In this document: positions 11,064-19,386 of the stretch, one piece after another
Layout of the letters: each line of letters starts with the position of its first letter
How positions within the stretch are numbered: position 1 is the stretch's first letter
Assembly: GCA_026388155.1 (NCBI GenBank)
Contig: JAPLKI010000006.1
Coordinates: 68,401 to 132,400, forward strand
Direction: 5' to 3'
From: Elusimicrobiota bacterium
GTDB taxonomy: Bacteria > Elusimicrobiota > Elusimicrobia > Elusimicrobiales > UBA9959
DNA length: 64,000 nucleotides
Notes under the pieces: generated by a model
What the model saw: the letters and a program-made list of their open reading frames with translations, nothing else
Database searches by the model: none
Told to the model about the DNA's origin: nothing
Program-made: the position numbers and the translations under genes

Positions 11064-11882
11064 ATGGACAAACATTTCAGCGTTACTATCCGGGTTTGGC
11101 GGCAGAACGGCCCCGACGAAAAGGGAAAGATGGTCCCCTATCAGGTGAATGATATCTCCCCCGATATGTCTTTCCTTGAGATGATAGATGTTTTAAACGA
11201 AGACCTTATCAGGAAAAACGAACGCCCCATAACGGTGGAAAGCGACTGCCGCGAAGGCATCTGCGGCTGCTGCGGCCTGGTGGTGAACGGCGAGGTGCAC
11301 GGCCCCGACGAGCACTCCACCGTCTGCCAGCTGCACATGCGCCGCTTTAAGGACGGGGATGTTATTGTCGTAGAGCCCTGGCGCGTGAAATCGTTCCCGA
11401 TAATCAGGGACCTGGCGGTTGACCGCTCGGCTCTGGACAGGATTATACAGGCGGGCGGCTACATTTCCGTGAACACGGGGGCCGCGCCGGACGCCAATTC
11501 GATACCGGTTAACAAAGAGAACGCCGAAGAAGCCATGGACTCGGCCGCCTGCATAGGCTGCGGGGCGTGCGTGGCGGCCTGCCCGAACGGCGCAGCGATG
11601 CTTTTTACGGGCGCGAAGGTATCGCAGCTCGCGCTTTTGCCGCAGGGCAAGCCGGAAAGGGAAAGGCGGGTGCTCTGCATGCTGGAGGCGATGGACAGGG
11701 AAAGCTTCGGCAACTGCACGAATGAGTATGAATGCGAGGCGGTCTGTCCCAAAGAGGTAAAGGCCTCCAATATCGCCAGGCTGAACCGCGAATTTCTGCT
11801 GGCGAACCTGTTCGGCAAAGCCGAACCGAAAGCCGCCGCCAGGCATCTGATCTCCACCCCCGACGTGCCGGAAGAAGAATAG
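11064..11882 (+). CDS. sdhB: succinate dehydrogenase/fumarate reductase iron-sulfur subunit
   Basis: 2Fe-2[11 protein letters not shown], 4Fe-4[13 protein letters not shown], 3Fe-4S C…CEAVCP; AGGAGG RBS. Confidence 0.9.
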   Translation: MDKHFSVTIRVWRQNGPDEKGKMVPYQVNDISPDMSFLEMIDVLNEDLIRKNERPITVESDCREGICGCCGLVVNGEVHGPDEHSTVCQLHMRRFKDGDVIVVEPWRVKSFPIIRDLAVDRSALDRIIQAGGYISVNTGAAPDANSIPVNKENAEEAMDSAACIGCGACVAACPNGAAMLFTGAKVSQLALLPQGKPERERRVLCMLEAMDRESFGNCTNEYECEAVCPKEVKASNIARLNREFLLANLFGKAEPKAAARHLISTPDVPEEE

Positions 11883-11891
11883 AAGAACGGC

Positions 11892-11975
11892 AGGGGATAG
11901 CGTATAGGGGTTAGGGATTAGGGAAGGAGTTTCTTATTTTTGATCCCTATACCCTCGCCCCAAGCCCCTCTACCC
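11892..11975. repeat. Family-A element copy A3
   Basis: ggggatagcgtataggggttagggattAGGGAAGGAGTTTCTTAtttttgatccctataccctcgcc. Confidence 0.6.
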
Positions 11976-11993
11976 TGCCGTTGACGGGGACTT

Positions 11994-12027
11994 GGCCGTC
12001 TGATGAGCATAGCTCTTGTCACGGCAC
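11994..12027 (+). promoter_or_regulatory. conserved 5' leader motif GGCCGTCTGATGAGCATAGCTC…ACGGCAC (copy 1 of 2)
   Basis: 22-nt identical / ~30 of 34 nt shared with 30904-30937; both lie shortly upstream of plus-strand genes. Confidence 0.3.
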
Positions 12028-12059
12028 TGGCATAGCCTTGAAAAACACCGATTTTTAAT

Positions 12060-12093
12060 GTACTATATAGTAGACATCTGTCTACTATATATG
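12060..12093. promoter_or_regulatory. near-perfect palindromic operator abutting MNT start codon
   Basis: ACTATATAGTAGACA tc TGTCTACTATATAT immediately before ATG 12094. Confidence 0.45.
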
Positions 12094-12699
12094 ACAACAT
12101 CTATCACACAAGGCATTTTTGGCCGGAAGTCCCGCCTGGAAGTTTTACGCTGTCTTTACGATTCGGGAGAAGAACTTACGGGGCGTGAAATAGCCAGGCG
12201 CTCCGGCTTCAGCCCCCAGCAAACCCACAACGAACTTAAGGCGCTGGTTTCACTGGGAATCGCGGAACGGAAGATAGCGGCGCCGGCCCATTTGTTCCGC
12301 CTGAACAGGGAACATTGGGTAGTTAAAGATGTGGTTAAGGTTGTTTTTGAGAAAGAAAAACAGTGGTTGGATGAACTACTTAAGGAATTCGGCGGGAAAC
12401 TGCCGCATTCGGTAAAATCCCTTATTCTTTTTGGAAGCGCGTCGCGCAGCCAGCTCCGGCCGGAAAGCGACATAGATCTGTTGGCTTTGGTTGAGAACGA
12501 AAAAGACGAGAAAGAAGTGGTGGATTGCTTCAGCGAGCATGGCCCAAAAGTGTTGGCACGGTATCATTATCCGCTGGCCCCTGTTATTTTAACCATGGAT
12601 GAATTCCGCAAACGGTACAAACAAAAGGATAAATTCGCCCGGGAAATCCTGAGAACAGGGAGAGTTGTACGAGGGGAGTTGTTTACGGAAATTCTATGA
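12094..12699 (+). CDS. winged-helix + minimal nucleotidyltransferase (MntA-like antitoxin)
   Basis: wHTH (GREIARRSGFSPQQTHNELKALV) followed by NTase motif LILFGSASRS…ESDIDLL; 4-nt overlap (ATGA) with downstream HEPN gene. Confidence 0.7.
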   Translation, partial: TTSITQGIFGRKSRLEVLRCLYDSGEELTGREIARRSGFSPQQTHNELKALVSLGIAERKIAAPAHLFRLNREHWVVKDVVKVVFEKEKQWLDELLKEFGGKLPHSVKSLILFGSASRSQLRPESDIDLLALVENEKDEKEVVDCFSEHGPKVLARYHYPLAPVILTMDEFRKRYKQKDKFAREILRTGRVVRGELFTEIL

Positions 12700-13100
12700 C
12701 GCCAAAAGAAACCCGTCTCACAAAAATTTCACGCGACCGCTATACCCTTTACTGGGACAAAGCGATGGAGTTCTTTGAAGCCATGGTGGATGCTTCCCAG
12801 AAAAAGAACTGGAACGCCACGGGCCTGGCCGGCGTTCACTGCTGTATATCGGCGACGGACGCTTTATTGGTAAAACACGCGGGTATCCGTTCCTCGTCGG
12901 ATTCCCACCAGGATGTGGTGGGGCTGTTGAGCGCCAAAATCAGCGATCCTGATATTTCCAGACAGGCAAAAAGGCTGGGAGAGATCCTGGCCCAGAAAAA
13001 CCTGATTGAATACGTTGACAAATCTTTCCCGGAAAAAAACGCGCAAGCCTTAAAAATCAGCGTGGAGCGATATATTGAATGGATCAGGAAACTTCTTTGA
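12696..13100 (+). CDS. HEPN-domain protein (HepT-like toxin)
   Basis: 134 aa all-helical, partner position downstream of MNT; HEPN-like R-x4-6-H region (SSDSHQDV). Confidence 0.65.
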   Translation: MTPKETRLTKISRDRYTLYWDKAMEFFEAMVDASQKKNWNATGLAGVHCCISATDALLVKHAGIRSSSDSHQDVVGLLSAKISDPDISRQAKRLGEILAQKNLIEYVDKSFPEKNAQALKISVERYIEWIRKLL

Positions 13101-13357
13101 GGAAACAGTCATGGGGTTGCCCATTCCGCCGCGTAGGAAACCCTCCCGTGGTTTCCCTCCAACCCGGATTGTGGGGTTGGAGCCTCCCATCCGCTATGCG
13201 GCTACAGAGCAATCCCATGCCTGTCCCTCCTTATATAATAGGTGTCCCCGCCCTTATCGTAGATACGGCAATAATTACCCACCCGGTGGAAAACTTATGG
13301 GGAATAAGGTGACAGGCCACTTTTGGTATTAAGGATATTTGTTTACCACTGGGCGGG

Positions 13358-13394
13358 CCCCGCACTTTTTCCGAAATGGGCCAAAGTGCGGGGC
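13358..13394. repeat. Family-B hairpin copy B1 (CCCCGCACTTT–14 nt–AAAGTGCGGGG)
   Basis: perfect 11-bp stem; orphan copy without downstream SD/start. Confidence 0.6.
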
Positions 13395-13443
13395 GGGTAA
13401 ATGTGGATGTACCTAAATTAAGGGTGGGAAGTGTTATATAAAA

Positions 13444-13736
13444 AGTCGCCAGCGGATTTTCTGCGCGCTCCTTAGAGGGTTTAAGCACGGGGTCTGGAGC
13501 GTATCGCTATCATTAGCGACGGCGGTGAATGTTTGAGCCGAGCACTGTGTGCGAGGCGAGTTCGCACGCCGGCGTAAGACCCCGTGCTTATCCGCCAAAA
13601 CCCGGTCTTGGAGCGCGCAGGAAATTTGCTGGCGACTTATAAAGTGAAAAAGGTACTTTTTCCGGCGGAATGGGCAGCCCCATGACTGGCCCTCTCCCCG
13701 GAGTTCGCAGGAAATTTGCCGGCGACTACATTAAGA
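13444..13736. repeat. Family-C multi-stem element, upstream of fumarase (with duplicated 3' arm)
   Basis: outer stem agtcgccagcggattttctgcgcgctcc / ggagcgcgcaggaaatttgctggcgact; inner stems ttaagcacggggtct/agaccccgtgcttat, tcgcta/tagcga; 3' arm repeated at 13706-13727. Confidence 0.55.
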
Positions 13737-13753
13737 AATAAATAAGGAGATTT

Positions 13754-15382
13754 ATGGCTGAAACCAAACTTACATTCAAATATCAGGAAATGTTCGAGCT
13801 GACCAAGGGCAAGACCAAATTCCGCCTGCTTACTAAAGAGGGCGTGAAAGTTATAAAAGCCGGGGGACGCGAAATACTTGAGATAAAGCCTGAGGCGCTG
13901 GCCGCGCTCGCCCGCGAAGCCGTGCGCGATGTTTCCTTCCTGCTCCGCACCGCCCACCAGGAACAGGTGGCCAAAATTTTCAACGACCCAGAAGCCTCCG
14001 AAAACGACAAATTCATCGCTTATTGCCTGCTGGAAAACGCCGCCATTTCGGCCAAATTCGAGCTGCCGTTCTGCCAGGACACCGGCACCGCCACCGTGGT
14101 CGCTAAAAAAGGCGAACAGGTGTGGACCAGCGCGAACGACGCCGAATGGCTTTCAAAAGGCATCTGGGAGACCTACACCGCGGAAAACCTGCGCTATTCC
14201 CAGACCCTGCCGCTTACAATGTACGAGGAAAAGAACTCCGGCAACAATTTACCCGCGCAGCTGGACCTATACGCCGTGCCGGGCATGGAGTATAATTTTT
14301 TAATTGTCACAAAAGGCGGCGGCTCGGCCAACAAAATCATGCTCTACCAGGAAACCAAGGCCACCCTGACCCCTGAAAAATTAAAGCCCTTCCTTATTGA
14401 AAAAATGAAGTCGCTCGGCACCGCGGCCTGCCCCCCCTACCACATAGCTTTCGTGATAGGCGGAACCTCGGCCGAGATGTGTTTAAAAACCGTGAAGCTC
14501 GCCTCCGCCGGCTACCTGGACGGGCTCCCCGAAACCGGCAATGAAGGCGGCCGGGCCTTCCGCGACAAGAAACTGGAACAGGAACTGCTTAAAGCCTCGT
14601 ATAAACTCGGCTACGGCGCGCAGTTCGGCGGCAAATATTTCGCGCACGACATAAGGGTAATAAGACTGCCCAGGCACGGCGCGTCATGTCCCATAGGAAT
14701 GGGGCTCTCCTGCTCGGCGGACAGGAACATACTGGCGAAAATAGACAAGAACGGCCTCTGGATAGAAGAGCTTGAAAAGGACCCGGGCCGGCTTATCCCC
14801 GCGGAGATACGCTCTAAATTCTCGTCGGCGGCGCAATGCGTCAGCATAGACCTGAACCGGCCCATGAAGGAAATACTGGCCGAGCTTTCCAAACATCCCA
14901 TAGGCACGCGGCTCTCGCTTAACGGGCGCATAGTGGTGGCCAGGGATATCGCCCACGCAAAATTCAAGGCGCTGCTGGACGGCGGCAAGGACCTGCCCGA
15001 ATACCTTAAAAAGCACCCGGTCTATTACGCGGGCCCGGCCAAGCAGCCTGAGAACAAACCCTCCGGCTCGTTCGGGCCCACCACGGCGGGCCGCATGGAT
15101 CCCTACGTGGACCCGCTCCAGGCCAAAGGCGCGTCCATGGTGATGATAGCCAAGGGCAACCGCTCGCAGGCCGTCACCGACGCCTGCAAAAAATACGGCG
15201 GTTTCTACCTGGGCTCCCCCGGCGGGCCGGCCGCCCTTCTGGCGGAGCGCAATATAAGGAAAGTGGAAACGCTGGACTACCCGGAACTTGGAATGGAAGC
15301 CGTGTGGGCGATAGAGGCGGAAGACTTTCCCGCTTTCATACTGGTGGACGACAAGGGCAATGATTTTTTCCGGAAGATATGA
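13754..15382 (+). CDS. fumA: class I (Fe-S) fumarate hydratase, fused alpha/beta type
   Basis: [10 protein letters not shown]…, catalytic/ Fe-S Cys pattern, 542 aa; AAGGAG RBS. Confidence 0.9.
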   Translation: MAETKLTFKYQEMFELTKGKTKFRLLTKEGVKVIKAGGREILEIKPEALAALAREAVRDVSFLLRTAHQEQVAKIFNDPEASENDKFIAYCLLENAAISAKFELPFCQDTGTATVVAKKGEQVWTSANDAEWLSKGIWETYTAENLRYSQTLPLTMYEEKNSGNNLPAQLDLYAVPGMEYNFLIVTKGGGSANKIMLYQETKATLTPEKLKPFLIEKMKSLGTAACPPYHIAFVIGGTSAEMCLKTVKLASAGYLDGLPETGNEGGRAFRDKKLEQELLKASYKLGYGAQFGGKYFAHDIRVIRLPRHGASCPIGMGLSCSADRNILAKIDKNGLWIEELEKDPGRLIPAEIRSKFSSAAQCVSIDLNRPMKEILAELSKHPIGTRLSLNGRIVVARDIAHAKFKALLDGGKDLPEYLKKHPVYYAGPAKQPENKPSGSFGPTTAGRMDPYVDPLQAKGASMVMIAKGNRSQAVTDACKKYGGFYLGSPGGPAALLAERNIRKVETLDYPELGMEAVWAIEAEDFPAFILVDDKGNDFFRKI

Positions 15383-15456
15383 CCTCCCCCGCACCCGACT
15401 TCCGCAATGAGGCACCCTGACGCCCGCGTATCTTGCTGGAACGGGCGCCGGCGCTT

Positions 15457-15619
15457 TCCCCGCGCGCTCCGGGACCGGGTTTTAAAGAAGAATCCTGAAG
15501 TCTTCCGCCGGCTCCGGAACGCGTCTGAAAGACAATGCTTTCAGACTTGAACGGTCCTCACCGTCGCGGAGCGATCCACTCCAGACTTCAGGATTAAACC
15601 CTCTAAGGAGCGCGCGGGG
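15457..15619. repeat. Family-C multi-stem element, downstream of fumarase, inverted relative to upstream copy
   Basis: ccccgcgcgctcc…aatcctgaagtct pairs with agacttcaggattaaaccctctaaggagcgcgcgggg; shares exact 22-mer gcgcgctccttagagggtttaa (as reverse complement) with 13463-13484. Confidence 0.55.
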
Positions 15620-15625
15620 AAAACA

Positions 15626-16129
15626 CCACCGCCCTTTGACTCTTCCCTTTTTTACAACAAGTTTCTTCCTTGAATAAATGGAGCGGGTGCTGCCGGAGCC
15701 GGGTTAGCGGGGCCTTCGCGAACCTGAGACTTACGCAAGCGCCGAAGGTGAGTGATGGAAGCCGGCCACGGTGTGGACGGCTGTCCCCGCGTTCCGGTCC
15801 GGCGGCAGGCCCAGCCCTTTTGGCCCAGAAGCCATAGCTAATTAGCTCCAGCTTGTATAATTGACTGTTGCCGCAAAGCCAAAAGAGCTGGGCAGGCCCC
15901 GCGAACCCGTAAGGCCGGCTGCCGGATAAAAAACATTCCCCCCTCTTACCCTTGAGGCACCCGGATTTCAAGAGAGATGCCAATGAAGAGACGGTGATTT
16001 TTAGGGGGCCTGCGGAAGTCCGGAAAAGAGCGGGGCAGGCCCCGCAAAAATTCCTGGTTAAATGTTGGGGGGTTTCAGCGGAATTCCAAAACAGTTCTAA
16101 AACAATATTGTGTCCCCGGATTCCCGGAG
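15626..16129. other. ~500-nt structured GC-rich non-coding region (candidate ncRNA; identity unresolved)
   Basis: no credible ORF (only low-complexity Arg/Gly-rich frames); duplicated hairpin GCKGGG-CAGG-CCCCGC at ~15888 and ~16029 with shared AAAAGAGC prefix; weak GGAAGUCCGG P4-like / CCGGAAC SRP-like words. Confidence 0.2.
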
Positions 16130-16279
16130 TTACAGCTTATCGGCGGGAATGCGAACCACTTTACCGTTTTTCCAGACAGCCAGCGGCCGGCCGGACTTCT
16201 TGTGCTCCGCAACAACCTTTCGCACCGCGCTTTTCATGGCCAATTCAGCTTTATCCTGCAAGGAAAGTCTTTTCTTCAT
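16130..16279 (-). CDS. small protein (49 aa) immediately downstream of zeta-like kinase; MazE/AbrB-like VRIPA strand
   Basis: ATG 5 nt after toxin stop; MKKRLSLQDKAELAMKSAVRKVVAEHKKSGRPLAVWKNGKVVRIPADKL; not in ORF track (under length cutoff). Confidence 0.4.
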   Translation of the reverse strand: MKKRLSLQDKAELAMKSAVRKVVAEHKKSGRPLAVWKNGKVVRIPADKL

Positions 16280-16285
16280 GCAGCC

Positions 16286-16858
16286 TCAAATCTCTCCGGT
16301 AATATTTTCGAACAACGCGGCATCTATGACTTCCAAATGCCCGTTGTTTCCCTTCGCAATCAAGACCGGCTTGGCTCCCGCATTATTAAACAACATCCAG
16401 GAATTTGCCAGCGGTTTATACAACTTGAAAAAATTGGGAATGGACCGGCTAAACCGGCGTTCAATATCCTCCGCGGGAACATCGTGTCCGCCTGAGGCGA
16501 CCCTCTCCTTAATCCTGACAAGCGAAAGGCTGGGACCCGGCACCCATAGAAAAAAAATATGCACTTTATACCCGCGAGCTTTAAGACGCTTAAATAAATT
16601 CAGACAGGTTTTTCCCGAAAGGGTGGTCTCAAATCCAAAATCCGCGCCAATCCCCGCAAAATCATGTATACGGGTTAAAACCAGTTTACCAGCCTTGATG
16701 GCCGCCGCGCGCGGCACAAAAGGAGACAAACCCTGGGCTATCAAATCGGCATTGACAAAATTGGGGCATTTGGCGTAATACGGCAGAAATTCTTTGGCAA
16801 AAGTGGTTTTTCCCGCCCCATTCGGCCCCGCAACCACATAGACATTCTTAATCCTCAT
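16286..16858 (-). CDS. zeta-toxin family P-loop kinase
   Basis: Walker A VVAGPNGAGKTTF, FETTLSG, ~190 aa; typical zeta/PezT-like architecture. Confidence 0.6.
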   Translation of the reverse strand: MRIKNVYVVAGPNGAGKTTFAKEFLPYYAKCPNFVNADLIAQGLSPFVPRAAAIKAGKLVLTRIHDFAGIGADFGFETTLSGKTCLNLFKRLKARGYKVHIFFLWVPGPSLSLVRIKERVASGGHDVPAEDIERRFSRSIPNFFKLYKPLANSWMLFNNAGAKPVLIAKGNNGHLEVIDAALFENITGEI

Positions 16859-17004
16859 ATCCCTAATATATCAAATTTAAGAAAGTCCGGGGGATTAAGC
16901 TCGTGTGACCTGATATGCGAAAGTTGTGTGGAATTAAATATTATGTCCCCGAACCACATAATCGGTATTATCCCCGGGATTCCCTTTAAAATTCTGGAAT
17001 TTTT

Positions 17005-17478
17005 TTAATTCGGCACCAGCCTGATGGCTATCTGTTCGGCTTCCGCGTGGGATATTTCGTGGCCGCTGTACATCTGGAACCCCGAGAGTTCCCTGATGTA
17101 AGCCACCCTGGTCTGCCGGGATGTCGGACCGGGCACTTCTATCGTATTCCCGCATATAGGACACTTTACCTGGGGAATAGCGTTTGGCGCGGGGGAAGAC
17201 CGCTTTTGCCCGGCCGGCGCCGGGTAAGCTCTTCTCGCCTCAGGCTGCGGCATTACCGCCTGGGGTTTGGGCCTTTCTTTGTCATAGAGAAATCTTTTTA
17301 CGGCGTCGGACAGCGTTTCATAGGCCTCGTTCAACTGCTGGGCGATTTGCGTTGAACCGCCCTTGTCGGGGTGCGCGTTAAGCTCGCTCATCAGCGTGCG
17401 ATAAGCGCTCTTAATTATCGCCGGGTCCGCGTCCGGATGCACTTGAAGAAGTCTGTAGTAATCTTTATCCGACGGCAT
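17005..17478 (-). CDS. J-domain (DnaJ-like) protein
   Basis: DYYRLLQVHPDADPAIIKSAYRTLMSELNAHPDKGG with HPD motif; single CPICG motif downstream. Confidence 0.6.
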   Translation of the reverse strand: MPSDKDYYRLLQVHPDADPAIIKSAYRTLMSELNAHPDKGGSTQIAQQLNEAYETLSDAVKRFLYDKERPKPQAVMPQPEARRAYPAPAGQKRSSPAPNAIPQVKCPICGNTIEVPGPTSRQTRVAYIRELSGFQMYSGHEISHAEAEQIAIRLVPN

Positions 17479-17577
17479 TCTTGTTGTTCCTCAAAACAAT
17501 TTTACGCTATTACAGGGATGCCGCGCAATATCCCGGTTATTTTTACATCTCGCATTCAAGCGTTCAAGCGGCGCCCC

Positions 17578-18879
17578 TTATGGAAGGGAGGAGGGCCATT
17601 TGTAGACCGTATCCCCCCAGGAAACCCGCGGAGCGCCGTAGCTCAGAACCTGGATGCCCGCCATGGTGGACGAATCAAAGTATACATGGGCATGAGAGTT
17701 GGATTGCACATCGGCCACCCCTTTAACAAGCAGGACTCCGTGGAGCAGGTTGCTGTTCCCGCCGCCGTTGGGGATGGAGAAGTTGCCGGCGACATACACG
17801 AAACCGTGGATGGAGGGGGCGATGTTGTAGGTCACGCCGCTGGCCTGGTAGTTGTAGTTCAGGCTGCCGAAGCAGGCCGGCTTGCCCACGGCGTACGTGT
17901 CATAGGCCTGGTAGGCGGCCCAGTCGTTGCAGTACTCTTTCCATGCGAACGGCGGGACGACCGCATCGTAAGCGTCAACGCTGGGCTGTTTGCCGTTTGA
18001 GAACGCGAGGTCGCCCATCACGATGATATTGCCGGTGAAGGCGCTGTTGAAGTCGGACCAGTTCCCCCCGATATAATAAGTATTCCCATTATCCTGCTTT
18101 TTGTTGCAGTCGGTGAATGACTTCTTGTCGTAGCTGCCGGCTGTATAAAAATTGTTATTACAGTGATCCTTGAGGGGGTGGGCCGGGTCGGGGCCGATGG
18201 CAAGGGCCTTGTAGGCCTCGGTGTTTATTGTCGGAAAAGGCGGGACAGTGGTATCATAGGAATGCCACCACCAGTTATTGGGGTCGTTATTGAGGGGCCA
18301 GGGGCCGTTGGTGTCCAGGTCAATGCCGGCGACTGCCCTGTAAGTGGGATGGAGCTTGTCGGCAATGGTGGCCGTTCCGTGGGAGACTATGCCGCCCCAT
18401 TCAACCTGCACATTGTTGCCGCTCATATAGACGGCTGTGGCCACCTCATAAGTGACGGCTCTGCTGTTGTATGCGTTGCCGTAAACCGCCTTCACAGCCC
18501 GCACTTCTTTACTGGTAGCGCCGTTCTTATCGCGGCCGAGGCCGATGATGGTTATTGACTGGGGGCCGGGGCCGCTTGTGATGTACACTACATAAGAGCC
18601 GCCGGGCAGTTCGGTGTAAGCCGTGGGAGTGCTGGCGTTAAACCCCGGCAGGGCCTGTCCGTCCATGAGGCTTTTCCAGGTAGTGGTGGATTCAGTCGCT
18701 TTCTGATGGCCCCTTTCCAGCGCGGCTTCCGCCAGCTGGAAAGCGTTGGAGTTTTGTCCCTGTTTCACGCTCCATTTCGCTTCATTTCTGACATACATCA
18801 CCATAATAGGAACGATTATGGCCAGCACCGCCAGGATCAGGAGCGCCCCGACCAGAACCTGCCCTTTATTTTTTCTCAT
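17578..18879 (-). CDS. PilX-like minor pilin / pilus-associated protein
   Basis: N-terminal MRKNKGQVLVGALLILAVLAIIV hydrophobic segment typical of PilX N-domain; W/N/Y-rich C-terminal domain; immediately downstream of two prepilin genes. Confidence 0.5.
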   Translation of the reverse strand: MRKNKGQVLVGALLILAVLAIIVPIMVMYVRNEAKWSVKQGQNSNAFQLAEAALERGHQKATESTTTWKSLMDGQALPGFNASTPTAYTELPGGSYVVYITSGPGPQSITIIGLGRDKNGATSKEVRAVKAVYGNAYNSRAVTYEVATAVYMSGNNVQVEWGGIVSHGTATIADKLHPTYRAVAGIDLDTNGPWPLNNDPNNWWWHSYDTTVPPFPTINTEAYKALAIGPDPAHPLKDHCNNNFYTAGSYDKKSFTDCNKKQDNGNTYYIGGNWSDFNSAFTGNIIVMGDLAFSNGKQPSVDAYDAVVPPFAWKEYCNDWAAYQAYDTYAVGKPACFGSLNYNYQASGVTYNIAPSIHGFVYVAGNFSIPNGGGNSNLLHGVLLVKGVADVQSNSHAHVYFDSSTMAGIQVLSYGAPRVSWGDTVYKWPSSLP

Positions 18880-19386
18880 CTAGTTCATTATCCTCACTTT
18901 CTGGATGGATAGCTGCAGCGCTTTCTTGCCGCCCATATAGGTGGGCGACTGGGTGGTGATGGCCACCGAGATCAGGGTTGTGTCGTCCGTGCGCGGGTAA
19001 GTGAACGCGATGTAGGAAAGGTTGTAGGACAGCACGGAGATATTGCCGTTATTGGACATGTAGAGCCTGTTCCCTTTCTGGTAAAAGAGCATGGTTACAG
19101 TCTGCCCGCTTTGATTTATGACTGAAAACTGCAGGCGCGAAGCGGGAGGCTGCCCCGAAGCGTTGTCTATTATTACCGTGTCGCCCTGAGCCTGGCGGGC
19201 GAACCTGTTTATTGTGTCAAGGGCTACCCTCACATCCCGCTGAATGTCGTTTCTGGCCGTGGTCTGCCGCCAGAAGTTGGTCATCTGCCTCATGATCGGA
19301 AAGGCCATACCGCCCACGATGCCGATAATGGCGACGGTCAGCATTACCTCTATAAGGGTATACCCTTTTTTAAGTTTTATGGCCAT
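18880..19386 (-). CDS. type IV prepilin / pseudopilin
   Basis: class III signal MAIKLKKG|YTLIEVMLTVAIIGI (Gly-1, Glu+5); 8-nt overlap with upstream gene. Confidence 0.8.
   Translation of the reverse strand: MAIKLKKGYTLIEVMLTVAIIGIVGGMAFPIMRQMTNFWRQTTARNDIQRDVRVALDTINRFARQAQGDTVIIDNASGQPPASRLQFSVINQSGQTVTMLFYQKGNRLYMSNNGNISVLSYNLSYIAFTYPRTDDTTLISVAITTQSPTYMGGKKALQLSIQKVRIMN

Noticed and set aside
11994-12027. Hammerhead ribozyme suggested by CUGAUGAG in the shared leader motif
   Set aside because: No complementary stem II after CUGAUGAG and no correctly placed CGAAAC. The CATAGC segments are direct, not inverted.
12020-12045. Sigma-54 promoter (TGGCAT…TTGA) upstream of MNT gene
   Set aside because: GG-to-TTG spacing is one nucleotide short of the -24/-12 consensus, and the second copy of the motif lacks any -12 element.
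13075-13332. 85-aa ORF in the HEPN-fumarase spacer
   Set aside because: Pro/Arg/Gly-rich low-complexity translation with no start context. The region is dominated by repeat structure.
15626-16129. tmRNA / RNase P RNA / SRP RNA assignment
   Set aside because: No T-loop GGTTCGAATCC-type motif and no CCA-adjacent acceptor pairing. P4 and SRP helix-8 words match only partially. Kept as an unassigned structured region.
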